37,715 nt of DNA, taken from NCBI GenBank assembly GCA_037446215.1, contig JBBIJB010000008.1, positions 32,626 to 70,340 on the forward strand, written 5' to 3'. Under the pieces are notes generated by a model. That model saw only the letters and a program-made list of their open reading frames with translations, did no database searches and was not told where the DNA came from. The stretch is from Armatimonadota bacterium. Its GTDB lineage: Bacteria; Sysuimicrobiota; Sysuimicrobiia; Sysuimicrobiales; Humicultoraceae. The translations under genes were made by a program, and so were the position numbers. Position 1 is the stretch's first letter. Each line of letters opens with the position of its first letter. Positions 16,790 to 25,999 of this stretch are shown piece by piece.

Positions 16790-18349
16790 CTAGGCCTGCA
16801 GCCAGCCCCTAGTCCTCTCCACCGCCCTCTTCCAGCCCGCGATCGCCTCCTTGCGCCTGGCGTCGTCCCATGCGGGCTCGAAGGTTCGATCCGCCTGCCA
16901 GAGGGTTCGAAGCTCGTCCGTGGATCCGAACGCCCCTACCGCGAGACCGGCCGCGTACGAGGCCCCGAGCGCGGTCGTCTCGCGCACCAGCGGCCGCACC
17001 ACCGGCACCCCCAGGATGTCCGCCTGGAGCTGCATCAAGAAGTCGTTGGCGGTGGCGCCCCCATCCACCTTCAGCACGCTGACGGCGCGCCCGCTGTCGG
17101 CGAACATCGCGTCCAGCACCTCGCGACTCTGGAAGCAGATCGCCTCGAGGGTGGCCCTGACAAGGTGCGCCCGCCCCGCGTAGCGGGTCAGGCCGACGAT
17201 CGCGCCCCTGGCGCTCATGTCCCAGTGCGGGGCGAAGAGGCCGGAGAACGCCGGCACGAAGTAGACGCCCCCCGAGTCGGCCACCTCCTGGGCCACGGCC
17301 TCGGACTCGGCCGCGCTCGATATAAGGCCCAGGTTGTCGCGCAGCCACTGCACCGCGGCGCCGGTGATCGCGACCGAGCCTTCCAGGGCGTAGGCGCGGA
17401 GGGCGCGCGTCGAGGCCGGAGTGGCAGTGGCGCTCCCGGCGCCCTCCAGGACGTAGGCGGCGGTCCCCAGCAGCCCGTGCTCGCTGCGCGATGGGGCGCG
17501 GCCGACGTGCTGCAACAGGAAAGAGCCGGTGCCGTAGGTGTTCTTGGCCTCGCCCGGCTCGAAGCATGCCTGCCCGACCAGAGCCGCCTGCTGGTCTCCG
17601 AGGTCGCCGCAGACCGGTATCCCCTCGCCAAGGGGCCCACCGGCCCGCGTCTTGCCGTAGGGTTCCGACGAGGCCGAGGGACGTATCTCGGGCAGCGCTC
17701 CCTCGGGCACTCCAAACCGCTCGAGTAGCTCGCCGTCCCACGCGAGTTCCTCGAGCCCGCACAAGAGGGTGCGGGAGGCGTTGGTCGGATCGGTGACGCA
17801 GGCCCCGCCCGAGGGGCCGCCGGTCAGGTTCCAGATGATCCAGGCGTCGATAGTCCCCAGCCGAAGGTGACCGGATCTCGCCAACTCCTGCGCCTCGGGC
17901 ACGTTCGCCAGCAGCCACCTGGCCTTGGTCGCAGAGAAGTAGGTGCTTATCGGCAGCCCTGTGCGCCGGCGTACCTCGTCCTGCCACCCCTGCTCGATCA
18001 TCGACCGGCAGTCCGGCTCGGTCCGGGTGTCCTGCCAGACGATCGCGTTGTAGACTGGGCGGCCGCTGCGGACGTCCCAGGCCACTGTCGTCTCCCGCTG
18101 GTTGGTGATGCCGACCGCCGCTATCCGCCCCGGCGGCGCAGTGCGCAGGGCCTCGTCGGAGACCTCGGCCGTGCGCTCCCATATCTCCACCGGGTCGTGC
18201 TCGACCCATCCGGGCTGCGGGAAGATCTGCCTGTGCTCACGGTAGGCCGAGGCGACGGCACGGCCGGAGAGGTCGAACAGGATGCAGCGGGTGCCTGTAG
18301 TACCCTGGTCGATCGCCGCCAGGTAGTCGGCGCGTGTCACGTTGCTCAT
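16790..18349 (-). CDS. glpK: Glycerol kinase
   Basis: AIDQGTTGTR, GWVEHDP, ITNQRETT, WQDTRT, GDQQAAL, KNTYGTG, PAFSGLFAPHW, VDGGA, ETTALGA motifs; start at ATG 18349. Confidence 0.95.
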   Translation of the reverse strand: MSNVTRADYLAAIDQGTTGTRCILFDLSGRAVASAYREHRQIFPQPGWVEHDPVEIWERTAEVSDEALRTAPPGRIAAVGITNQRETTVAWDVRSGRPVYNAIVWQDTRTEPDCRSMIEQGWQDEVRRRTGLPISTYFSATKARWLLANVPEAQELARSGHLRLGTIDAWIIWNLTGGPSGGACVTDPTNASRTLLCGLEELAWDGELLERFGVPEGALPEIRPSASSEPYGKTRAGGPLGEGIPVCGDLGDQQAALVGQACFEPGEAKNTYGTGSFLLQHVGRAPSRSEHGLLGTAAYVLEGAGSATATPASTRALRAYALEGSVAITGAAVQWLRDNLGLISSAAESEAVAQEVADSGGVYFVPAFSGLFAPHWDMSARGAIVGLTRYAGRAHLVRATLEAICFQSREVLDAMFADSGRAVSVLKVDGGATANDFLMQLQADILGVPVVRPLVRETTALGASYAAGLAVGAFGSTDELRTLWQADRTFEPAWDDARRKEAIAGWKRAVERTRGWLQA

Positions 18350-18520
18350 GCGTATCCATTCGCCGCCGTCGCGGCGCTCTTCCTCCGGAGAGGGAGCTCC
18401 TTCCCGCCTCCGGCAGGTCGCCTGAGGCGGCCGGGGAAGAGTACGGCGGCAGGCCGCCGCGGAATCAGCCGCCCCGTTCCGGCGGTTCACATGGGGAAAG
18501 AACATCAGGAGGTCCACTCT

Positions 18521-19264
18521 ATGAGAGCAGTCGCATATCTCGTGCTCGCCATCCTGCTGCTGACGCAGTCGGCGGCCGCCTACGAGGGGCGGGTGACGGT
18601 ACGCTACTACGGCCAGTCGTTCTTCGTCCTCACGACCGCATCGGGGCTGCGCATCGCCATCGACCCGTACGGCGAGATCGGCTACCCCCTGCCCGCCGTC
18701 GAGGGCGACGTCGTCCTGATCACCCACGAGCACAGGGATCACAACAACGCCGGCTTGATCCGCGGGGCGACGCAGGTGCTCCGCGCGCTCACCGCCGACG
18801 GCAGGGACTACACCAGGATCTACGCCCGGATCGGCGACGCCCTGATCTACTCGGTGGCGTCGTTCCACGACAACGACTCCGGCACGGTCCGCGGACTGAA
18901 CGGCATCTTCGTCGTGGAGACGGCGGGGATAAGGTTCGCCCATCTGGGCGATCTCGGGCAGCACGCCCTCAGCGAGAACCAGGCGAGGGCCATCGGGAGG
19001 GTGGACGTCCTCATGATCCCGGTCGGCGGAGCCCCGTTCACCATCGGTGCCCGCGAGGCCACTCAGATAACCGCCCTGCTTCGGCCGCGGATCGTGATAC
19101 CGATGCACTACAAGACGGCGGTGCGCCCGGACTGGCCGGGAACCGATGAGCGCCCGTTCCTTGAAGGCAAGCCCGTGGTCCGCCGCCTGGACGGCCACAC
19201 GCTCACGGTGTCGCGAGACAGCCTCCCCTCCTCGACAGAGGTAGTCGTGATGAACTACAAGTAG
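18521..19264 (+). CDS. Secreted MBL-fold metallohydrolase
   Basis: Signal peptide (MRAVAYLVLAILLLTQSAAA), IDPY, THEHRDHNN, HLGDLG, PVGG, IPMHYKT; AGGAGGT SD. Confidence 0.85.
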   Translation: MRAVAYLVLAILLLTQSAAAYEGRVTVRYYGQSFFVLTTASGLRIAIDPYGEIGYPLPAVEGDVVLITHEHRDHNNAGLIRGATQVLRALTADGRDYTRIYARIGDALIYSVASFHDNDSGTVRGLNGIFVVETAGIRFAHLGDLGQHALSENQARAIGRVDVLMIPVGGAPFTIGAREATQITALLRPRIVIPMHYKTAVRPDWPGTDERPFLEGKPVVRRLDGHTLTVSRDSLPSSTEVVVMNYK

Positions 19265-19312
19265 GCATGGGGGAAGGCGCCGCCCCCAGGCACCGGAGGT
19301 GGGCAGGGACAG

Positions 19313-19696
19313 ATGGAGAGGCATGTGTGGGTAGAGGAGTTCCCGGGATCGGTGACGGTCTGTGATCCCGAGGGTAAGATCGTGGAGATGAACGACCGGG
19401 CGGCGAGCGCCTACGAGGAGCAGGGCGGGAGGCGGCTGGTGGGCTCGAGCCTGCTGGACTGCCATCCCGAGCCCTCTCGGACGAAGCTCCGCGAGCTGCT
19501 CGATCGCCCGCGGATCAACGCCTACACGATCGAGAAGAGCGGATCGAGGAAGCTGATATACCAGGCACCGTGGTACGCGGGCGGCAGGTACGGCGGGCTG
19601 GTCGAGATATCGCTCGCGATCCCTGACGTGATGCCGCACTTCGTGCGCGACGCCGCGCCGAAGGCCGGTGAGGGCGAGGGGAGAGGCGATGGCTGA
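19313..19696 (+). CDS. Stand-alone PAS-domain protein
   Basis: VTVCDPEGKIVEMN and LVGSSLLDCHP PAS-like pattern; no output domain; GGAGGT SD. Confidence 0.75.
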   Translation: MERHVWVEEFPGSVTVCDPEGKIVEMNDRAASAYEEQGGRRLVGSSLLDCHPEPSRTKLRELLDRPRINAYTIEKSGSRKLIYQAPWYAGGRYGGLVEISLAIPDVMPHFVRDAAPKAGEGEGRGDG

Positions 19697-20810
19697 GGAG
19701 ACGGTCGTCTGTCCGAGGTGCGGCGCCGAGATAGCTCTCGGCGAGGCGTTCCGATCGCGGATCGAGGAGCGCCTCAGGCACGAGTTCGAGGAGAGGCTGG
19801 GCGCGGAGAGCCTCAAGGCGCAGAAGCGGGCCGATGAAGCCCACGCGCTCGCCAAGTCCAACCTGGAGTCGGAGCTGCGAGAGAAGGCCAGGGCCGTGGA
19901 GGAGAGCAGGAAGCGCGAGCTCGACCTGCTCAAGCAGAACCGTGAGCTGGAGGAGGCCAAGAAGACGGTCGAGCTGCAGGTCGCCAGGCGGGTCCAGGAG
20001 GAGAAGACGATCCTCGAGAAGGCGGTCCGCGACCGGATGGGCGAGGAGCACCGCCTCCGCGACCTCGAGAAGGACAAGCAGCTGGGCGACCTGCGCAGGC
20101 AGATCGAGGAGCTCAAGAAGAAGGCCGAGCAGGGCTCGCAGCAGAGCCAGGGCGAGGTGGCCGAGCTCGACCTCGAGGCGTTCCTTCGCGCGGTCTTCCC
20201 CCAGGACGAGATCGATCCCGTCCCCAAGGGCGTCCGGGGCGCGGACCTGGTGCATAGGGTGATCGGGCCCGCGGGCATGGGTTGCGGATCGATCGTCTGG
20301 GAGGCGAAGAACACACGTGTCTGGAACGACGCCTGGCTTGCGAAGCTGCGCGACGACCAGCGGGAGCTGCGCGCCGACATCGCCGCGATCGTCACCACCG
20401 TGCTCCCGAAGAGCGTCCGAAACGCCGCGTTCGTCGAGGGAGTGTGGGTCACCGACGCGGCGACCCTGCACGGACTGGCGACCGCGCTTCGCTCGCAGTT
20501 GATCCAGGTCGCGGCCGCGCGGGCCGCCGCCCAGGGCCGGGACTCGAAGATGGACCTGCTCTACGACTACCTGACCGGGATGGAGTTCAGGCAGCGCGTG
20601 GAGGCCGTCCTCGAGGCCTTCTCAGGGCTCAAGGAGGATCTGGAGCGAGAGCGCCGTGCCATGGAGAGCTCTTGGGCAAAGCGCGAGAAGCAGCTCGGCA
20701 GGGCGCTCTCCGGGCTCGCCGGCATGTACGGCGACATGCAGGGCATCGTGGGCTCGAGCCTCCCGCGGGTCGCCAGGCTCGAGCTCGGCCCGGGAGAGAG
20801 CGAGGCCTAG
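19689..20810 (+). CDS. DUF2130-family coiled-coil protein with RmuC-like C-terminal domain
   Basis: N-terminal CPRC, long E/K/R-rich coiled coil, SQQSQGEVAE, KGVRGAD, WEAKNT..W...WLAKLRDDQR. Confidence 0.8.
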   Translation: MAEETVVCPRCGAEIALGEAFRSRIEERLRHEFEERLGAESLKAQKRADEAHALAKSNLESELREKARAVEESRKRELDLLKQNRELEEAKKTVELQVARRVQEEKTILEKAVRDRMGEEHRLRDLEKDKQLGDLRRQIEELKKKAEQGSQQSQGEVAELDLEAFLRAVFPQDEIDPVPKGVRGADLVHRVIGPAGMGCGSIVWEAKNTRVWNDAWLAKLRDDQRELRADIAAIVTTVLPKSVRNAAFVEGVWVTDAATLHGLATALRSQLIQVAAARAAAQGRDSKMDLLYDYLTGMEFRQRVEAVLEAFSGLKEDLERERRAMESSWAKREKQLGRALSGLAGMYGDMQGIVGSSLPRVARLELGPGESEA

Positions 20811-22399
20811 ATCGCTATCGCGTAGCCGTCCCGCCTGGGATCGGCGCCTCCCTGCAGCGCCCCTGAGTCGGGATCGCGGACTATTCCCTGGCCGCCCCCG
20901 ACGATCCAGGACCAATCCTCTATGGCGTTCACCTGGTGGCCGCGCCGCGACAGCTCGGCCCGGACCTCCTCCGGCACCCTGCCCTCGACATCCACCAGCC
21001 TGTCCCGGTAGACGCGCACGCGCGGCGCCTCTATGGCCTCCTGGATGTTCATTCCGAACACCAGCACGTTGAGGACCATCTGGGGGGTGGTCTGAAGGAT
21101 CCCGTACGAGCCGGGGGTTCCGATCGACATGAAGAACCTGCCGCCCCTGAACAGCTGCATCGGCGCCATGTTGGCACCCACCCTGCGGCCGGGCGACATG
21201 CGGTTGGGGCTGGCCGGATCCAGGTCCTGCCAGTTGAGCAGGTTGTTCAGCAGCACGCCTGTTCCCGGCGCGACGAACCCGGAACCGAACGGCACGCCTA
21301 TGGTCTGCGTGACGGTCACCACGTTGCCCTCCGCGTCTGCGCAGGCGAAGTGGGTGGTGTGCTCCTTCATGAAGTCGGCCGGGTGCCCCTCCTCGATCTG
21401 TCCGGGCAATCGTTCCGGGTTGAAACGCTCGCCCTCGCCGACGCCGGCGCTTCGCGGATCGATCCTGGCGCGCTGGGAGCGGCCGTACTCCTTGGAGACC
21501 AGACCCGATACGGGGGGCTCCTTACTGAACCCAAATGCGAGGCGGTCGGCCGATGCCAGCTTCACCGCCTCGATCAGGTGGTGCAGGTAGTCGGCCGAGT
21601 TGTGCCCCCAGCCGGCGAGATCCATCTCCTCGAGGATGTTGAGGGTCTCCAGCGACTGGAAGGCGACGAACGGCGGAGGCACTGTCGCGATCTCCAGCCC
21701 GGCGAGCGGGGCGCACAGCGGCTCCAGCCACTCGGGCTCGAAGGCGGCCAGGTCCTCCTCACAGAGCCATCCCCCGGCCTCCCTGACGCCGCGGCAGATG
21801 GCCGCCCCCACCTCCCCCCGGTAGAAGACGTCGGCCCCTCCGAGGGCGATCTTCGTGAAGGTCGCCGCGAGATCCGGCTGGTGGAGCGTCTCCCCCGGCC
21901 GCCGGGCCTCCTCCGATCGCCCGAGTGTCTGCCGCCCCTTCTCGAAGAACTCGACGCCCTTCCACGTGAGCGGGGTGCCCTCCTCGGCCATCCGGATGGC
22001 CGGCGCGAAGAGCGCGTGGCGCGGCAGCCGCCCGAAGCGCTCGTGCGCGGCGAGCCATCCCCCGAGGTTCCCGGGGGTGAGGCACGATCGCGGGCCGCCT
22101 GCCAGATCTTCCCTGGAGGCGCCCTCGGGATCGGCCGCGCGAGGCACCCTCCCAACGAAGTTGAGAACGTGCCTCGCGCCCCCGGCCGACGAGAGCACCA
22201 TCACGCCGATCCCGCCGATCCCCGACATGAACGGCTCGACCACGTTGAGCGCTGCGGCGGTCGCGACCGCGGCATCCGCGGCGTTCCCACCCTGGCGCAG
22301 CATCTCGACCCCCGCGGCCGAGGCAAGCGGGTGCGCTGATGTGACAACGCCCCTGCTTCCCATGACGACGGGCCTGTATGAGCGGCGATGCGGCGGCAT
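20807..22399 (-). CDS. ggt: Gamma-glutamyltransferase family protein (Ntn hydrolase)
   Basis: GGNAADAAVA, VVEP..SGIGG, HTTHF (nucleophile Thr), FGSG...PGTGVLLNN, GGADPRRDG. Confidence 0.9.
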   Translation of the reverse strand: MPPHRRSYRPVVMGSRGVVTSAHPLASAAGVEMLRQGGNAADAAVATAAALNVVEPFMSGIGGIGVMVLSSAGGARHVLNFVGRVPRAADPEGASREDLAGGPRSCLTPGNLGGWLAAHERFGRLPRHALFAPAIRMAEEGTPLTWKGVEFFEKGRQTLGRSEEARRPGETLHQPDLAATFTKIALGGADVFYRGEVGAAICRGVREAGGWLCEEDLAAFEPEWLEPLCAPLAGLEIATVPPPFVAFQSLETLNILEEMDLAGWGHNSADYLHHLIEAVKLASADRLAFGFSKEPPVSGLVSKEYGRSQRARIDPRSAGVGEGERFNPERLPGQIEEGHPADFMKEHTTHFACADAEGNVVTVTQTIGVPFGSGFVAPGTGVLLNNLLNWQDLDPASPNRMSPGRRVGANMAPMQLFRGGRFFMSIGTPGSYGILQTTPQMVLNVLVFGMNIQEAIEAPRVRVYRDRLVDVEGRVPEEVRAELSRRGHQVNAIEDWSWIVGGGQGIVRDPDSGALQGGADPRRDGYAIAI

Positions 22400-22489
22400 A
22401 ATAACCTCCTGGACGGTAGGCGCTGGCGGCCGGTCCGGTCGCTGGCCGACATCGATACCTTTGCCGAGGGCCGCGCGGGCTCCTGCGGT

Positions 22490-22519
22490 GGAGGATTCGA
22501 GGACGCCTTGCTGGAACTA
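22490..22519 (+). promoter_or_regulatory. Candidate alternative-sigma (SigH-like) promoter for acs
   Basis: GGAGGATTC-N12-CTGGAACTA resembles the Bacillus sigma-H consensus RNAGGAWWW-N11/12-RNNGAAT. Confidence 0.4.
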
Positions 22520-22548
22520 CGCGCCACTCCTTCGAGGGGAGGTCGACC

Positions 22549-24501
22549 ATGACCGATCGCACGATCGAGTCGCTCCTCGACGAACGGCGCATCTTCGCCC
22601 CCTCCGAGTCCTTCCGAAGCAGGGCCGTCGTCTCCGACCCCGCGCTCTACGACCGGGCCGAGGCCGACCCGGAGGGGTTCTGGGCTGAAGCCGCCCAGGA
22701 GATACACTGGTTCAAGCCCTGGAGAAGCGTCCTGGAGTGGGATCTGCCCTACGCAAGGTGGTTCGTAGGCGGCAGGACGAACGTCGCCTTCAACTGCCTG
22801 GACCGCCACCTGCGCGGGCCGCGCCGCAACAAGGCCGCGATCATCTGGGAGGGCGAGCCCGGGGAGGTGCGCGTCCTCACGTACTGGGACCTCGCGCGCG
22901 AGGTCAACCGCTGCGCGAACGCGCTGCTCACGCTGGGGGTGCGGCGGGGAGATCGCATCGCCATATACATGCCGCTGATCCCGGAGGCCGCGATCGCAAT
23001 GCTGGCGTGCGCCAGGATCGGAGCTGTACACACCGTCGTCTTTGGCGGGTTCTCGGCCGAGGCGCTGCGCGACCGCATAAACGACGCGCAGGCGAAGGTC
23101 GTAATCACCTCCGACGGTGGGTACAGGCGCGGAGCGATCATTCCCCTCAAGCGACAGGTGGATCAGGCGCTGACGGATGCGCCCACCGTCAGGCACGTCC
23201 TGGTCGTCCGGAGGATCGGCGACGCCGCCGCCGCGCAGATGACGGAAGGCCGCGACCGCTGGTGGCACAGGGCACTGGAAGGGATGCGAGCGGACTGCCC
23301 GGCCGAGGAGATGGAGAGCGAGGACCCCCTCTTCATTCTGTACACGAGCGGGACCACGGGGAGGCCGAAGGGCATCGTCCACACGACCGGCGGTTATCTC
23401 GTCGGGACCTGCCTCACCACGAAGTGGGTCTTCGATCTCCGGGAAGAGGACCTGTTCTGGTGCACCGCCGACATCGGATGGGTCACGGGCCACTCCTACG
23501 TGGTCTACGGCCCCCTGGCCAATGGTGCGAGCGTGCTGATGTACGAGGGCACCCCCGACTGGCCGGAGCGGGACAGGTTCTGGAGCATCATAGCCAGGTA
23601 CGGTGTCACGATCCTGTACACCGCGCCGACCGCGATACGGACCTTCATCAGGTGGGGTCCGGAGTGGCCGGCCCGCCACGACCTCTCGACGCTGCGACTG
23701 CTGGGGACTGTGGGCGAGCCGATCAACCCGGAGGCGTGGATGTGGTACCGCCGCCACATAGGCGGGGACAACTGCCCCGTGGTCGACACCTGGTGGCAGA
23801 CGGAGACGGGAATGATACTCATCTCCCCGCTGCCGGGAGTGACCCAGCTGAAGCCGGGATCGGCCACGCACGCGCTGCCCGGCATCACGGCCGACGTGGT
23901 GGATGAGAGAGGAGAGCCGGTGCCGGCCGGTTCTGGCGGCTACCTCGTGCTCAGGAGGCCCTGGCCGGCGATGCTCCGGGGGATCCACGGCGATCCACAG
24001 CGGTTCATGCGTGAGTACTGGACGAGGATCCCCGGAGCATACTTCACGGGCGACGGGGCGCGCCGCGACGAGGATGGATACATCTGGCTCCTGGGCCGCG
24101 TCGACGACGTCATCAACGTGGCCGGCCACCGCATCGGCACGATGGAGGTGGAGAGCGCGCTCGTCTCCCACCCCGACGTGGCCGAGGCCGCGGTGATCGG
24201 GATCGAGCATGAGATAAAGGGACAGGCCCTTGCAGCGTTTGTGACACTGAAGGAGGGCCGGCCGACCGACGTCGCCGCGGTGGCCTCGCTGCGAGATCAC
24301 GTGGCCGAGAAGATCGGCTCAATCGCGAAGCCCGAACGTATCCTGTTCGCCGCTGAGCTGCCCAAGACGCGCAGCGGCAAGATAATGCGCAGGCTGCTGC
24401 GGGACGTGGCCGAGGGCAGAGTGCTCGGGGACACGACAACGCTCGCGGATCCGACGGTCGTGCAGCAGCTCAAGGAACGCTACGAGGAAGACCTACAGTA
24501 G
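22549..24501 (+). CDS. acs: Acetyl-CoA synthetase (acetate-CoA ligase)
   Basis: [56 protein letters not shown] motifs; GGAGGT SD. Confidence 0.97.
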   Translation: MTDRTIESLLDERRIFAPSESFRSRAVVSDPALYDRAEADPEGFWAEAAQEIHWFKPWRSVLEWDLPYARWFVGGRTNVAFNCLDRHLRGPRRNKAAIIWEGEPGEVRVLTYWDLAREVNRCANALLTLGVRRGDRIAIYMPLIPEAAIAMLACARIGAVHTVVFGGFSAEALRDRINDAQAKVVITSDGGYRRGAIIPLKRQVDQALTDAPTVRHVLVVRRIGDAAAAQMTEGRDRWWHRALEGMRADCPAEEMESEDPLFILYTSGTTGRPKGIVHTTGGYLVGTCLTTKWVFDLREEDLFWCTADIGWVTGHSYVVYGPLANGASVLMYEGTPDWPERDRFWSIIARYGVTILYTAPTAIRTFIRWGPEWPARHDLSTLRLLGTVGEPINPEAWMWYRRHIGGDNCPVVDTWWQTETGMILISPLPGVTQLKPGSATHALPGITADVVDERGEPVPAGSGGYLVLRRPWPAMLRGIHGDPQRFMREYWTRIPGAYFTGDGARRDEDGYIWLLGRVDDVINVAGHRIGTMEVESALVSHPDVAEAAVIGIEHEIKGQALAAFVTLKEGRPTDVAAVASLRDHVAEKIGSIAKPERILFAAELPKTRSGKIMRRLLRDVAEGRVLGDTTTLADPTVVQQLKERYEEDLQ

Positions 24502-24517
24502 CGGGCGCGCGCGGCCT

Positions 24518-24658
24518 CGATACGGCGACTGGACGACCTTCGGATGCGCGGCGAAGCTCAGAGAGCACGACTCGGACGGCACGGTTGACTTCCTGCCGCG
24601 GAATCTGCGAGCATTGCTGGGGGAATCCACAGACAAGAGAGGCAGTGCTGGGCAATGA
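24518..24658 (+). pseudogene. Possible 3' remnant of an unidentified gene
   Basis: Open frame RYGDWTTFGCAAKLREHDSDGTVDFLPRNLRALLGESTDKRGSAGQ*, mostly G/C at third codon positions, TGA overlapping the hemolysin III ATG (ATGA), no convincing start. Confidence 0.35.
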
Positions 24659-25320
24659 TCTCGGCCGGGAGCGCGCAGCGCTACAGCTGCGGCGAGGAGA
24701 TAGCAAACGGCATCACGCACGGCCTCGGGCTGGTGCTGGCGATCGGCGGGCTGGGGGTGCTCACCGCCTTCGCCAGCCTGCGCGGCGACGCCTGGCACAT
24801 CGTCGGCGTCAGCGTGTTCGGAGCCACGCTCGTATTCCTATACGCGGCATCCACGCTCTACCACAGCATCCCTCTGCCGGGGGCGAAGAGCGTGCTCCGG
24901 ATCCTCGACCACTCTGCCGTGTTCGTCCTGATCGCGGGAACCTACACCCCGTTCACGCTTGTGAACCTGCGGGGGCCCTGGGGCTGGTCCCTCTTCGGCA
25001 CGATATGGGGGCTGGCGGTGGCAGGGACCGTGCTGCGGGCGACGGTGATGAGGCGCCTGCCCGCATTCTCGGTGGTGATCTCCGTGGCCATGGGGTGGGC
25101 GGTGGTGGTGGCCGTCAAGCCGATGCTGTCGTCGGTGGCCGTGGGAGGGCTGGTGCTACTGGCCCTCGGCGGGATCGCCTACACGGCGGGCATCGGGTTC
25201 TACGCCTGGAGGAAACTGCCTTACCACCACGCGATCTGGCACCTCTTCGTTCTCGCCGGCAGCATACTCCACTACTTCGCGGTGCTCTTCTACGTGATCC
25301 CCCTGGCTGGGGGCGGCTAG
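24655..25320 (+). CDS. Hemolysin III / PAQR-family membrane protein (TrhA-like)
   Basis: EEIANGITHG, STLYHS, LDHSAVFVLIAGTYTP and HAIWHLFVLAG motifs; multiple hydrophobic segments. Confidence 0.92.
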   Translation: MISAGSAQRYSCGEEIANGITHGLGLVLAIGGLGVLTAFASLRGDAWHIVGVSVFGATLVFLYAASTLYHSIPLPGAKSVLRILDHSAVFVLIAGTYTPFTLVNLRGPWGWSLFGTIWGLAVAGTVLRATVMRRLPAFSVVISVAMGWAVVVAVKPMLSSVAVGGLVLLALGGIAYTAGIGFYAWRKLPYHHAIWHLFVLAGSILHYFAVLFYVIPLAGGG

Positions 25321-25336
25321 GACTCCGGCGGACGGA

Positions 25337-25993
25337 TCAAGGCGCGAGCTCCGCCACTACCCGTGCTACGGCGCTGGCTGCCAGGATCGTGGGCAGGCCT
25401 GAGGCCTCTGTCACTACGCGCTTCTGCGCGGTCGAGTAGCCCATGCAGTCCATCACGATTACCTCGGCGCCTCCGGCGCGCAGCGAGCGGGCCGCCGCCT
25501 CGAAGTCCGCGGGGCGGTACGGAGAGGCCGGCTCGACCAGAGCGGAGCGTCCTATCTCCTCCCACCTCCCGCGCGCCGGCGCGGCCTGATCCGGGTGGGG
25601 GATGATGACGCCCAGCACACGCCCGGCCGCCGCGGCCGCCACGAATCCCCGAAGCGCCGCCGAGGGCTCGACCAGCAGCCGCTCGCAGCGCAGCCCGGGG
25701 AACTCGCCGGTGCAGAGGAACAGCACGAGGTCGGTGCGGGCGGCGAGACGGTCCAGCGCTTGCTGGACCAGGCCGGAGATCCTATCCCTGCCGAGCACGG
25801 CCTCCCGGCCGTCGCGGAGGCGCGAGACGAGCACGTAGTCGGCCGGTCCGGGAGCGAGCGCCTCGATCTCGGAGTCCGTCAACCCGTCCAGCGCCCCGGC
25901 CTGGACGATCTCTACTCCTTCCAGGATCTCTCCCACGACCGACAGGACATCCGGCCTGGGCGACTGGCCTATGGTCAGGGCTCCGACTACCAC
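25337..25993 (-). CDS. aroM: AroM family protein
   Basis: TIGQSPRPD, GALDGL, LVSRLRDG, LCTGEFP, ASPY and MDCMGY motifs. Confidence 0.85.
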   Translation of the reverse strand: MVVGALTIGQSPRPDVLSVVGEILEGVEIVQAGALDGLTDSEIEALAPGPADYVLVSRLRDGREAVLGRDRISGLVQQALDRLAARTDLVLFLCTGEFPGLRCERLLVEPSAALRGFVAAAAAGRVLGVIIPHPDQAAPARGRWEEIGRSALVEPASPYRPADFEAAARSLRAGGAEVIVMDCMGYSTAQKRVVTEASGLPTILAASAVARVVAELAP

Positions 25994-25999
25994 CGCTTC

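Noticed and set aside
17395..17450. Ala/Thr/Ser-rich insertion in GlpK (GAGSATATPASTRALRA)
   Set aside because: Short, in frame and in a region that appears to be a variable loop; no intein or repeat features.
19740..20160. Repetitive GAG/AAG-rich DNA
   Set aside because: Explained by the E/K/R-rich coiled coil of DUF2130; not a true tandem repeat.
16790..20452. 1220-aa minus-strand ORF suggesting a giant GlpK fusion
   Set aside because: Only the last 519 aa are GlpK. The upstream part is the stop-free antisense of the MBL, PAS and DUF2130 genes, expected at this GC content.
24655..25320. Hemolysin as a virulence factor
   Set aside because: HlyIII/PAQR proteins are widespread membrane-homeostasis proteins and there is no toxin or secretion context.
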